From Octopus bimaculoides (taxonomy: Eukaryota), in assembly GCF_001194135.2 (NCBI RefSeq), contig NC_068982.1, positions 105,542,843 to 105,606,842 on the forward strand: a DNA stretch of 64,000 bases. Direction: 5' to 3'. Position numbers and translations under genes: made by a program. The notes beneath the pieces were generated by a model that did not search any database, was not told where the DNA came from, and worked only from the letters and a program-made list of their open reading frames with translations. Below, piece by piece: positions 38,227 through 51,535 of this stretch (position 1 is its first letter; every line of letters begins with the position of its first letter).

Positions 38227-39175
38227 ATATGCGATCTAGTACTTCAATATAATAATAGTCAATAGAATTGTTGGTTGGCTGATTGATTTCTAGTCATGCT
38301 TTACAATGTATAGAGAGAGGGAAAGTGAGAGAGTAAATGAGATACAGAGAGAATCAGCATAAGAGGTGCAGTATGAGAGCATATACTACACTTGACAATA
38401 AGAATGAAAGAATCATATAGACAGAAGAGAAGGAGAGGGAGTAAATGATATCAAGTTAAAAATATAAATTTCTTCAATTTATATTTTAAGATAATAAATA
38501 TTTTCATTTTGGAAATTAATATTAACTTCATTATTTTGTACAAGCACCCTGAAATTTGATTTCAAAAATAATTGTTGTATGTATGTATGTATGTATGTAT
38601 TATTTTGTGATGTTACCCATGGTAGCAAAAGTTACAAATCATATGACAAGTAATGAATGCTCTTGTATTAATATAATTAACACATGTGAGACATGTACCT
38701 TCAGTTACAGACCCCATTCGAGTAATGTGATTGTCTGAAGATAACCTTTGCCAGCTAAGTAACTATTGTGTTGCTGCACCAATCCCAGTTCTCTGAAATA
38801 CAATAACATTTTTGGCAAGAGTCTCCAATTATATGCAAAGAACTTCAAACTTTTAAAGGGAAATCGAATTACATAATTTAATATCCTTCTTAGTGAAGGC
38901 ACATGGTTTAGTGGTTAAAGTATTCAGCTCATGATCTTAAAGTCTTAAGATCAATTCCTGGCAGCATCTGTAATTCAAAGGACCAGCCTTGTCACATTCT
39001 GTGCCATGCTGAATCTCCCTGAAAGCTAAGTTAAGGGTATGTGTGTCTGTAGAGTGCTCAGTCACTTGCATGTTAATTTCACGAGCAAGCTGTTCTGCTG
39101 AGCAGATCAACTGTAACCTTCATCATCACAACTGACAGAGTGCCGGTTCAATGTCCTTGTATTAATATAGTAGGG

Positions 39176-39548
39176 GAGGCGCAATGGCCCAGTGGTTAGG
39201 GCAGTGGACTCGTGGTTTCGATTCCCAGACCGGGTGTTGTGAGTGTTTATTGAGCGAAAACACCTAAAGCTCCATGAGGCTACGGCAGGGGATGGTGGCG
39301 AACCCTGCTGTACTCTTCCGCCACAACTTTCTCTCACTCTTACTTCCTGTTTCTGTTGTGCCTGTAATTCAAAAGGTCAGCCTTGTCACACTGTGTCACG
39401 CTGAATATCCTCGAGAACTATGTTAAGAGTACATGTATCTGTGGAGTGCTCAGCCACTTGCACGTTAATTTCACAAGCAGGCTGTTCCGTTGATCGGATC
39501 AACTGGAACCCTCGACGTCGTAAGCGACAGAGTGCCAACAACAACAAC
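39176..39548 (+). mobile_element. tRNA-derived SINE (OR-like), copy 4
   Basis: 12-bp TSD aatatagtaggg at 39164-39175 and 39549-39560. An older partial copy lies immediately upstream at ~38960-39150. Confidence 0.92.
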
Positions 39549-40324
39549 AATATAGTAGGGTTTGATTTAAAGGAGATTTTGCTGCTATTTATAGGCTTCC
39601 ACATAGACTGACTAAACATATGGAAATGATTCATATGGTACCTCATTCAGCCACAATCCTTAGTCTAGTATATTAACTAGACACTCTTTAATTGTTTAAA
39701 ATAACTAATGCTGCATATAGTGGCTATAAACACAACAAAATATATGTAATAAAATAGAAACAAATATATGCTCTATTATATTGACTAATTAATAAATATG
39801 AATGGGAGTTGACAATAACAATGGAAGGATACTGGTAAGAATTTCAGAAGGACGATCAATATTCATGAAAGACTTGGTATTATTTGTAGAAAGTGCCAGA
39901 TTTTTCCTTATTTTGGTTGTGCTCATTAAGTATTTAGTTAGTTTGTTGTTCTGGTATTGTTTTCCATGAGCTGTATGAATGATATTCCAACAATGAATAT
40001 TATACGAAGATGTGTTGAATAGTCCAAATCAGTGCTGATTGTACAGATACAAGATGTACTGGTTGGCAGTTGGTTTAACAATTAAGTGAAATCTAGATGT
40101 GGCTTGCCTCTGCCTGGTTCAAAAACAAACTGTACACTTCTCAAGCAAAAAGTGATTAATCATATTAGGTGCAGTATGGGCACTCAAATCTGTCAGAATT
40201 AGCAGTCAAATCTCCTTCAAACTACTCCCTACTAAGTTTAAAATCATTGAAAATGAAGGATATATAATATATTCTGTTTTTTACTGTTGTTAGAGAAGAG
40301 CTAAGTAATGCAGCTATTAAAGTT

Positions 40325-40396
40325 TTGGATGTAGCTCAGTGGTAGAGCGTTCGCTTTGCATGCGAACGGCCCCGGGTTCGATCCCTAGCATCTCCA
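40325..40396 (+). tRNA. trnA-TGC: tRNA-Ala(TGC), variant or recent pseudogene
   Basis: D arm GCTC/GAGC, anticodon arm TTCGC-TTTGCAT-GCGAA, GTTCGATC T loop, G3:U70 Ala identity pair, and a T5 terminator at 40404-40408. Positions 1-2 are TT and do not pair with CC. The T stem has a C-A mismatch. Confidence 0.85.
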
Positions 40397-40408
40397 GAAT
40401 ATCTTTTT

Positions 40409-40558
40409 GGCATTAAGAAGGGCATCCAGCTGTAGAAACTCTGCCAAATCAGATTGGAGCCTGGTGTAGCCGTCTGGTTCACCAGTCCTCAGTCAAATTG
40501 TCCAACCCATGCTAGCATGGAAAGTGGACGTTAAACGATGATGATAATGATGATGATG
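40409..40558 (+). mobile_element. RTE 3' terminal fragment directly downstream of the tRNA
   Basis: ggcattaagaagggcatccagc...ggacgttaaacgatgatgat. Confidence 0.85.
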
Positions 40559-43124
40559 AACAAGTATTTCCATATATTTATATATGGCTGGTGTTGTTTT
40601 GTGTATGATATATAGCTGTGGCTAAGTTGGAAGCTGTGGGTTATTGCGATATAGCAATGCACGAATGTCTCATCATTTAGAAATTGCAGTTGTACAATTC
40701 AGACCTTTTCCAGGAAGCAGAAGTGTAACTGAGAATGACAGAGCTTAGATATCCAATCACACATTTCTAGTGAAACTAGACGAAACATGTAAATGTATGG
40801 GAATAAAGCATAGGTGAACATGGAATAAGCTCTGCATTTTGTTGGGCATATGAGAAACTCATCATCATCATTTAACATCCATGTTCGATGCTGGCATGGG
40901 CTGGATGGTTTTGACAAGATCTAATGGCCTAAGGACTGCACTGTGCTCTCATGTCTGTTTTGGCACAGTTTTTATGGTTGGATGCTCTTCCTAATACCAA
41001 CCACTATACAATGCGTACCAGGTGCTTTTTTTCATGCAATCAGCACTAATGAGGTTGCCATGCAGTTTGCAAGACTATGAACCCTGATGGGGTAGCTTTA
41101 TATTAGAAAATGGGGGGGGGGGGGGTGAAAATAAGGGAGAAGGGGCCAGAGCAGAACAGGTTTCTAGCTGTATTTCACATACTCTAGTGAACCATTCAGA
41201 AGAGGTTGTTGATTTTAAATATTTAGTGATTTCGTATATAAAACGCCTCCGTTACTTAGTAGACAGTTTTCGACAAGTGAGTATGTAAAGCGTATTATTT
41301 CTGCATAGCGTCTGAGGTAACATGTAAATTTTATTATGCAAGTCTAAAAGTGTTTAGAGGAATTTTGTAGCGAGATGTAGTGAGGAGACAATGAAGTAGA
41401 TACTATAATACGACAAACTGATGGTTTAAAACTGATCAACAGCAATAACTTGGCCAACCTCAGAGGTCCTTAGGTTATGGTGCAGTCCATTCCTCCGAAG
41501 AGCTATCTATCTATCTTCCATAATCTACCAAAGACATCATTGCAGTCATGGTCGCGCCGTATTTACTTTTCAAGGGTAGTATATCTAGATGGTTGGGTGT
41601 GATTTGAGGGAGATTTTGGCAGCTGTTTCTAGTAGGTCGAGAGATAGAATGTCATCTCCACAAGTAGAAAAATTAACGAGAAAAACACGCCTGATGAGGA
41701 AGACATGCAAAGATATGACATCATTGAAGAACATCAGAATTGACGGCGTGATATATGAAAAATGCGACACAAACACATCGTTGTACTGCTACTGAAGAAG
41801 CTTCAGTTGCTCGACCAGCAAGAAATAGATCCAAATATACCCCTAAGTCACATCTCAATATTTTAAAGAAAAAGGGAAAGGCATATAGAAAAACGTAGTC
41901 CTAGATATACAAGGTAGGATGGTCATAGTTGGAGAGTTTTTGATCACAAATTTACTGAATCAAGGTCGACTTGGAACGAAACAACAATAACCAAATGACT
42001 CATAAGAAGTTTCAGGTAATTTATAATAGCTAATTCATTATTTAGAAACTGCCAGTCTGAGAGAACAGCGCCATTTTTATGTTTACGTAATGATACACAA
42101 ATATATTTATTTTGATGTACGTCCTTTAATGTTTAAATACGTTTGCTACAATTGTCAGATCGGAGTATATTTAATGCAATGAACAGAAAAGGGTTGTTTA
42201 GAAATCTTTTCTTTCAGCTATGAAAGTATGGATGGAAATATAGTTTTAAAAATGCTCCAGCAGCTACGTGTTTGGTAAAGTTTACAAACAATCAAGTATC
42301 GTTTACCACGAGTCTCCTTTCGCAAATCACAATGCTAAATAGTTGTGATCTTACAAAGCTGTGCAACGAGATTACGAAAGTATACAGAAACTGACATCTC
42401 CCATTCCATCAACAATCAACTAGATACTAAATGTAAAAACCACAAAGAATTTTTAGCATTAAACAATCTACTACAAGCAATTCGGTTAATATATTTATCT
42501 TCATCTTTTACTATTTGTAACCGAAATAACTGAGATAAATTATTTGTTTTCGAAAGAAAAACAACTTGTAGCAGTTATATTTCTCACTCAGATGTTCTAC
42601 CACAGAACAACAATGACTTAATAAACCTCAGATAGTATTTTTCTTTTTTTTTACTTTTCAATATTCGAATAAATTATCTCGTTTCTTTTCATTCTTATAG
42701 CATATAACAAACAATATTGCTGAATAGTGTGATAATTCATTTGAGTGGATTTATAAAACAATTAAAAGTACAGTCTGTTACCAAGAAGGGTGAGCGATTT
42801 TAGTGTTTTTATAACTTTCATTCATTCCTGTACAATTTAGGAGGAAACTAGGAAATTTTTTGATTGGAATTAAATACGATCAATTATAATAAAGGAATTG
42901 ATCAACTGATCAATAATAATAAAGGAAAAGAAACAATCAATATAATGGGAAGAGTTACTAAGCAAAACAAATGAAGATCATCTGATTAGCAATTATTGTT
43001 TAACAGAAAACAAAACAAAATGCGCTGAGTTTTGAATGGATATAAAACAATTATAAACATTTAAATGAAGGACAAAACTATAAACCGTAACAGGTTAAGA
43101 GAAAATGACTGGAGCAGTTCCTAC

Positions 43125-43560
43125 CTGATCCAAATTTGTTCTTGTAGAGTTCTCCATTAGTGTGTTTACATCTGACAGGCAAAATCATGCAATGAACTGA
43201 TTCGTCCCATTGATACTTGAACCCTTTAATATCTTTATCAAGAGGAGTTGGTTGGGTACTTAATGGAGGTTTCAATTCAGTCTCGTCAGCAACACTTAAG
43301 GTTTGATCATGAATCACGATATGTGTGGTCTTGATACCTGCTTCCTGAAGCTGCTCTGCAGAGAGTATACCTTGAGATGTTGCAACAAACACTTGATCTG
43401 CTGGAATGGTACCGTTGTTAGTGACCACGGATGGGGTGACAGTACCAGCACCACTGTCCGTACCTGGATGGTCGGAGGCAGTCTGCTGTGGGTCCTCCTC
43501 CTCCGTGAAGGCGGGATCGTCACCATTCGGTAACGAGTCGGAAATATCGACTTCAGACAT
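43125..43560 (-). CDS. DEAF1: DEAF1 coding exon 1 (acidic N-terminus and start of SAND)
   Basis: ATG at 43560. Ends LPVRCKHTNGELYKNKFGSG with donor G|gtagga in phase 1, matching exon 2. The seven exons total 1380 nt, i.e. 459 aa plus stop. Confidence 0.95.
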
Positions 43561-44034
43561 AACAGTAAAGAAACTCTCCAGTCGACAAATTTTTCAGTCG
43601 GATTCTCTAATTTTGATTTGGGTTCAGGCATAAATAACAATGAAGGTAACTGAAAAAATGAAAAGCACATTAATTTCTGAGTCTTTCGGAAACAGTGAAA
43701 CCTGAATTATTTTGCCATAAGCTTTGCTCGGAAATTTCCGTTGTTCGCCGCATTGAAGGACGAACGATGGCGGAAAAATGAAGTCCTCGTAGCTAGTAAG
43801 ATAGATACTCTCGAACCTATGCTATTATTTTAAAACAGAAAATATTTGAAATTTATTTCTAAACATAAAATGAATTTCTAATTAAAACAAATAAAAATAC
43901 GATTAAAATATATACTTATATTTCTTTTTAAATTCAAAAGCATATATCTGTACGTTGTCTAATAAACATCTCTGCGTCAAGAGTATATTTTTAGAGTTAG
44001 TCACGGAAGGAAAAGAAACTAAAAATGACTTGAC
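43561..44034. promoter_or_regulatory. Bidirectional promoter and 5' UTRs of DEAF1 (-) and PAT1 homologue (+)
   Basis: Divergent ATGs lie 475 bp apart with local CpG enrichment. YY1-like GATGGCGG at 43766-43773. Putative plus-strand UTR intron from gtaaga (43796) to tttttag (43994). Confidence 0.7.
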
Positions 44035-44073
44035 ATGGAAGGTTCAATTTTGGACTACGAATCCGAGTTTTCT
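44035..44073 (+). CDS. PATL1: PAT1 homologue, putative first coding exon
   Basis: MEGSILDYESEFS followed by a strong gtgagt donor in phase 0, compatible with the exon at 54907. Confidence 0.65.
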
Positions 44074-47000
44074 GTGAGTATAGTGGATAATTTTAAAAAA
44101 TATACTTATAATATAATGCTATTTGATGAAGAACAAATGTATTACGGATAAAAGATATTGACATTGTATGTGTTTCAAAATTTAATTATCTTAGATTTCA
44201 ATGAGCAGCAAGTGCGCGCTTCCTTTAGAAATGCGTGTTAAACATAAATAGCAACATAACTCTATTGATATTATTTTTGTTTTGCTGCGTGAGCGATTAT
44301 TCTAGTTCACAAGATAGCTTAATCATTTTCCTTAGTCTGAATATACAAATGCATGTTTCAGTTGAGAAACTGGGTTTTAACTATATGTTTCTTATTTTTC
44401 TTTTCTTCACGGACCTACGTAGGATTTATTGTTCATTTCTTTAGCTATAAAACATACAACTTATTAATATGTTATGCTTTAAACACTTAGAGACGTGTAA
44501 TAGTATATATTAATTCGAAATATTAATATTTTATATCATTTTAACAATACTCTGTATGTCGGTTCACCGTCAATAATCTGTATTCAAAGATGACAATCCA
44601 TTACGTTTTAACTTAACACCAACTATATTTGTTAGATTTTTACATTAAATATGATAAATATATTTCAAAGTCTTTAATTTCGACTATTTATTTCTAAAAT
44701 TCCTGAAACTATTCCGTATTTTGAGCTTTCAGAACGAATTATTTCTAAACTCTATCTAAATGAGCCTCATTTAAGTTTCTATAATGGCTAAAGATATTCT
44801 TGTTTCATTTTATTTTTGGAGAGGATTACTATTAGTTATCACTATTCAATCAGTTTCCTATTCAAAATTGATAAACTGTATGAATATTTTTTTTTTCGTC
44901 TGATATGTATATTTGTTTTTCGCTGTGTACCACCAAATTATCAGTGTACTAACATTTAAGAAAATTTTATTTTGTTGATTCTAATGTTTTAGCTATCACT
45001 TTGAGCTAGGAATACTTCAATATTTCCAAGTTTGGAGTTATTGGAAAAAAATAAAAAGGAAGAAAAACCTTTTAGCATTTTATGATACTATATGAATTTA
45101 GTTTTGAATTCTATTTACGTACTTATATTTGTACGTGTCTACATTTTCTCAAATGAAATATATTAAGCACTTAAACTTAACGCGCACATGCCTTTTCAAA
45201 TATATGCACAAGCGCGCGACTTTGAAGAGGAAGAGTAATTTGAAAGACTAGGTTCCTTGGAATGGGCTCGGGTGTTTCCACATGGCTATAAATCTCTTCG
45301 ATAAACATACTTGCATTTAGGCTTTCTAGAGGTTCAGTAAGAGACTAGGTTATACTACACATTTATTTCTACCTGCAAAAAGCCCTTGTGAATGCAAGAA
45401 AGAATAAAGCATAGAATTTTGTTTCATAAGAAACAATTTAGTATTAATTTTTCTTTAATTAGTGTATGTGTATCAGTGACAAATACCTATCCGTGTTTAT
45501 CTTTCCAACATTAAATGAACTTATATTATTATTCAAAAGCACTACATGTTACAAAAACAAGCCAACATAATTCCAGCAGATAAACCTTCGTATTACACCC
45601 TGTCTTAAGAAAAAAGTTGCAATTTGTCTGAAATATTTTGTTTGGGGAAAGAAAAAAAAAGATATGCTTAAAGCTGGAATATCTTTTTGATCTGCGGGCT
45701 GATCCGAGTTTAAATAACTAACACCTTCATTGTCATAAAATAGACATGTTTCAACACTAAATTTTAGGCCATAATACTTGACGCAAAAGATGCTCTGTTA
45801 TAGGAGGAATTTCAATGGACAATATTATGTTTACATATCGTTGTTTGGCCTCGGGTCTTATCTTTCCTCGGACAGGACCCCCCCCCCGCATTAAAAAAAA
45901 AACGGTAGTACATTGTAATTTGTAGATTTAGCTGTTATTTCTTGTAGGTTGAATACCCACATAGTTATTGGTTTGTTTGCATTGTTATGGATCCTGGACA
46001 TTGACTTGCTCTCGAGAGTTCAATAGTTCAGTGTGTGAGTGAAATGACCTGCTCAAGTACTGAAGTTATTGAACAGCATAAAATATGACTGCGATTTGGA
46101 GGAATTAAATATATTTGGAAGCTTTCAGTTTTACGTACACTTAATCTCATTATGAAAATTTTTTTTCGTTAAAGCACAAAGTGTGAACATAAGCAATTTC
46201 GATTCTTTTTGAGATCTCATTGGATCCAAATCCCATGAAACAGTTGTTATGTTCTCAGCACAAACTGCGCTGTTTAACTGGTTGTAAGTGCATACATATG
46301 TGTAAGCAGTTTCCTAACCTAACGTTTTATATGCCAAAATTCAAAATTGGAAAATAGCTTATTAAAAATAACACTTCCGCCTCTGCATTCAAAGTGATTC
46401 ACTCATATAACATACACAAACAAGACGTGTTCTATTTCTTTTGCTTCGTCTTAAGCTTTCTTGATAAAATCTGACTATTGTATTTATCTCCCTTTGTTGT
46501 CGCTAGGCTTTTGATACTTACGCTCGGTTCATCTTTCCTGCACCATTAGCTTTGTATCCATGTATACCCTCTCTGAATTAAGATCGAAAATTGTTAACTA
46601 CAGTTGATGGTACCATTCAGCTAGTCTTATTCTACAGTCTAGATTAACTTGTAGAAGTCATAAGCATTGTTTTTCATCTAACACTAAACTGAAACAGCAG
46701 GAATGAATTGGTCTGCTATTAAAAGACGAGTTAGGTCTAAATCGCATTATTAATGTATCTTGTACAACAGATATTTCAATAAAAGTCTGTTCGCATACAA
46801 CTGAAAATAGAAATATTGAAGATGTAGGATATGCACACAAGAGCAATCTCTGTAATCATAGGAACAGCGAAACATGAACTTGGATTATCAGAATCTCTAT
46901 TCTCTTTGAGATCCTGTCTTTGTTTAATAAAAAAAAAACTATTTCAGGAAAAGTATTTTTAAAATCTGGTTTATATCCTCAAATTTGCTTTACCATGGAG

Positions 47001-48176
47001 TTAAAGAATAATTTGGGTAAAGTATACTACACAAAATATAATTTTTAATTACTTTACCATTTTTAGTCTATTTTCCCGTGTTGGCTTGAGTTGTTTGGTT
47101 CAGCAGTTTCTGTGCCACATCTTTCCATGCATTTCAACCTTATGGCTGACATATAAATCCTTGTTGCTCAGTATTCTTTCTCAATCTTTTCTATTTATCA
47201 TTAACAACACTTTCGCTAGATGTGAACGTCTTCTACATGTTTTCCTGCCTTACAACATTACTATTCAGACATTTACCTCTTAGTCTAGCTTGAGATATCT
47301 GTCACTATAGTAACCTACCTCCTTTTTCCTTTTGAAAACTGCCACTATGGAAGCACTCACTCTACCTCCAGTGATTCACATTAGCACAGTTATTTAAGAA
47401 ACATGCTCAGCTCATACAAGTTGGAGCATTTCATAAGCAACATTTTTGCTCAGATTAACAACTTTATTGTATAATGAGCTTCCAAATAGTCTTCTTGTTC
47501 CAATTGCATTCAGAAAACTAGTCAGTTGTGACAAGCAGTGTTTAGTAGGGTGTGTTCAAAGAGCTGTTACAGTTGTCTCCAAGTCAGCTTATTGGATGTA
47601 TAATAATGATATACTAAAATTACAATAATCTCGGACACATAACTGCCTCTCCTAAAATAAAGTCTTGAAATTTTGGCATGCACTTTGCAAATCCAAGTAA
47701 GAACTGACACAATTGTGTAAAGGGGTCTCAGTCTTATCAGTAACACAAAATGCATCCAGGGAAGTGGTTTATAACAAGAAGTGTATCCAGCTATTTAAGA
47801 ACACATCAGCATGATTGTCAAGTCAGTGAAAAGTCCTAATTGCATATACAGGGCCTACATTTGTTAGAACTGTGCACAATAGTGGGTGAGTAGCCAGTTG
47901 CAAACACCTGGCCATACGGTGAGATTTAGTGCAATCATTTCATAATGGTCAGATGAAAACTTGACCATTATCAAATGATTTCACCACCTCTCTTCCCTTT
48001 CTGATGCAGAAAATCCACCACCAGAAACTCCCTGCTTCACTGGTAGGTACAAAACTTGAGGGCTGACACCATCAGCTTGGGCACAATGAAAAGTGGGTCT
48101 GGAGGGAGGAGAAGGGTCTGGAAGCTTAAAGATCTTGCGAATGGACAGAGATTTAGACATATTACTCGAAGCCTTT

Positions 48177-49620
48177 AATGCCACGATGAAAGGTTGCTCA
48201 AAGAGAATGAATGGGAGAAAGAGAGTCTGCCAAATGTCGACCCAACAGAGGGACCAGCTATCCAAGTTGACAGTGCCATGGTAGATAAAGCAATTAAGAG
48301 TATGAAGACAGGGAAAGCCCCCGGCCCATCGGGGATCACTGCAGAGATGCTCAAAATATCTGGCAGTGTCGGCTATAGCCTAGTCACTCATATAGTTAAC
48401 CAGGTGATACATGGAGTCATACACAATGACTGGTGTAGCAGCAAAGGTAACTGGTGACGCTTTAGATACAAATAATTACAGAGGTCTCCAGTTGTTGGGT
48501 CAGGTAATGAAGGTCACGGAGAGGGTCATAGCCCAACTAATTAGGGAGAGAGTCAGTTTAGATGAGATGCAGTTTGGGTTCGTGCCAGGGAAAAGCACCA
48601 CTGATGCTATATTTCTGGTAAGACAGCTGCAGGAGAAATACCTAGCCAAAGATAAACCTCTGTACCTGGCTTTCGTTGACATGGAGAAAGCCTTTGACAG
48701 GGTCCCCCGCTCCCTTATCTGGTGGTCAATGAGGAAACTAGGGATAAATGAATGGTTAGTGAGAGCTGTGCAAGCCATGTACAGGGGCGCTATCAGTAAG
48801 GTGAGGGTTGGCAACGAGTACTATGAAGAATTCCGGGTAGGAGTCCACCACGGTTCAGTCCTCAGCTCCCTCCTATTTATCATAGTTCTCCAGGCAATAA
48901 CAGAGGAATTCAANNNNNNNNNNNNNNNNNNNNNNNNNNNNNNNNNGATGCTCCTGGGAGCTCCTCTATGCTGATGACCTTGCGCTAATTGCTGAGTCAC
49001 TATCAGAACTAGAGAAGTTTCAGGTGTGGAAGCAAGGACTAGAATCGAAGGGCCTTAGAGTCAACCTAGCTAAAACCAAAGTCCTAATAAGTAGGGAGGT
49101 AGACAAAACACAAACCCTTTCAGGTAGATGACTTTTACCACATTCCAGGGAGAAAAACTAGAAGTAGTTGATAGCTTCCGTTACCTAGGTGACCAAGTCT
49201 GTAGCAGAGGAGGGTGCGCTGAAAGTGTAGCTGCTAGAATAAGAATGGCCCGGACAAAGTTCAGAGAGCTCTTACCTCTGCTGGTGACAAAGGGCCTCTC
49301 ACTCAGAGTAAAAGGCAGACTGTATGACGCATGTGTACGAACAGCCATGCTACATGGTAGTGAAACATGGGCCATGACTGCTGAGGACATGCGTAAGCTT
49401 GCAAAAAATGAAGCCAGTATGCTCTGCTGGATGTGTAATGTCAGTGTGTATACACAACAGAGTGTAAGCACCTTGAGAGAAAAGTTGGACCTAAGAAACA
49501 TCAATTGTGGTGTGCAAAAGAGACGATTGCGCTGGTATGGTCATGTGGCAAGAATGGATCAGGATAGCTGTGTGAAAAAGTGCCACACCCTAGTGGTTGA
49601 GGGAACCTGTGGAAGAGGTT
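48177..49620 (+). mobile_element. RTE-clade LINE reverse transcriptase fragment with internal deletion
   Basis: GKAPGPSGI, QFGFVPGKSTTDAI, YLAFVDMEKAFDRV, GVHHGSVLS, LYADDL and LHGSETW motifs. Frameshifts are present and the C-rich segment is deleted near 49130. Confidence 0.95.
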
Positions 49621-50039
49621 GTGGACTGGTATTGTAGATAAAGCCTTAAAATCTAAAAAACAAGCCTGAAAAGATTAAAGGCAGAGCAAAGAGCAGTATC
49701 AGTTGGAAAATAGATGGGTGCAATGTGTAGCCAAGAGGGAAGCTGTAAGAGGTTTGTCAATATTTGTGATAAGAGGTTTAGAGGATAAAGTGTTCCACTG
49801 CAAAGTAGTGTGTTGGTGTGAAATGAGATGTAGTGAGGGGAAAATGTGCATGCAATCATAGCAGTGCACTGACATAAGTGGCATAGAAATGTTATTGTAA
49901 GGAAGTTGCTGAATGAAGAGAAAGTGAGAGACTGGGTCTTTTCTAAGTATACCCAGTTGCTATTGAAATTAACTGCTTTATGGTTGAAATTACCATTAAA
50001 GATGTATGAGATACTGAAAATATTCTGCTGGTATTTGTG

Positions 50040-50350
50040 CCAGTAGCACGTGAAAAAACATTTGAGCGAAGTCGTTGCCAGTGCCGCTGGACTGTCTCCC
50101 GTGCAGGTGGCACGTAAAATGTACCATTTGAGCCTGGCCGTTGCCAGTACTACCTGACTGGCTCTCATGCCGGTGGCACGTAAAAGCACCCACTACACTC
50201 TCAGAGTGGTTGATGTTAGGAAGGGCATCCAGGTGTAGAAACTCTGCCAGATCAGATTGGAGCCTGGTGCAGCCATCTAGTTCGCCAGTCCTCAGTTAAA
50301 TTGTCCAACCCATGCTAGCATGGAAAGTGGACCTTAAACGATGGTGATAA
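50040..50350 (+). mobile_element. RTE 3' UTR fragment
   Basis: Shared RTE tail, plus orientation. Confidence 0.85.
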
Positions 50351-50439
50351 TCAGGTAGTATAGGAACATACCATATGCAGTGATTTTATGTCAATGTCAC
50401 CAACTGCTACAAGAGTGAAGTCTCTCTAGAAAGATGGAC

Positions 50440-51535
50440 AGAAACTACAGAGCCATCACATTAACAGACCAAAAGGCAAAAAATTAGCTTAGATGTTATG
50501 TAGTTTGGCTTTGTATTAGGATGGAGGACTACTGATATCCTCTTCTTAGTGAGACAAGTTCTTTGCAAAAAGAAAACAAACCACTATGCATAGCAATTTT
50601 GACCTGGAGAAGGTAATTTGACAGTGCTGTACTCTGTAGGATGGTGGCTACCAAGAAACCTAGGTATAGATGAATAGCATGTTCAATGATAAATTTACAT
50701 GCAAGCAGGTGTCCAACAGGGCTCCATTTTTGTTACAGTTCTGCAGGCCATAAGTTTCAAACTGACTGACTGTGGGAACTTTTGTATACCAATGATCGAA
50801 TTTTCACTGTTGAATCTTGAAAAATTAAAGAAGCAATTTGAAATATGGAAGCAAACCTAGAATTGTAAGTTCTAAAAGTAAATCTAGCAAAGATAAAAAT
50901 TTTAGTTATCAAGAAAGAAAACAAAAACTTCACTGCCTTCTGAGAACTGGATGTGATCAGTATGTAGAAAAGGAGTAGGTGAATAAATACTGTACCTGGT
51001 GTAATGTATGGATGTCCAAGTGAGGTAGTGGAATTGCAGCCTGACAGAAGGCCTTCGTGTGTAGCAGAAATACAAGAATAATTAGTTGTAATTAGTTTTC
51101 AGTAGCTCACTGGGTAGCTGATAGTATGTTACCTTTTCAAGTGGATAAGAGCATTTCAAAAACGTTGCACTAGAGTAAGAAGTGAAAAATGTTTAGGAAG
51201 TGATTACTCTGCCTGACAACAAAGGGATTCTCTTTCTGATTGAAGAGTTGATTGTATGATACTTGTGAATGAAGTGTGATATTGCATGGTTGTGAAATGT
51301 AAGCATTGGATGCATAAGAAGGAAGAATTGGATCTAGAAACTGAACTGGAATGAGATAAGTGATGCATATAAGTGATGCACTGAACTTACAGAAGAGGAA
51401 GACATGGGACAAAATGGTGAAAGCTAATCTTGGGAGGCTGAATCTCACAAGAGACTGCAGTAAGTGGCGAGATGTTCTGCTAGACCTATTCAAGCCATGC
51501 AACCATGGAAAAGCAGACATAAAATGTAGAAATTA
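50440..51535 (+). mobile_element. Old, highly degenerate RTE relic
   Basis: Scattered similarity to the young RTE (actactgatatcc.cttcttagtgagacaagt; gtaaatctagcaaagataaaa; aggaagacatgggacaaaatggtgaaagc). Confidence 0.6.

Noticed and set aside
41691-41770. CTGATGA at 41691 (also 835, 29226 and the coding CTGACGA near 43285)
   Set aside because: There is no complementary stem II closing onto a GAAA.
43303-43670. Overlapping alternative ORFs on DEAF1 exon 1
   Set aside because: They are shadow frames of a real coding exon with no independent support.
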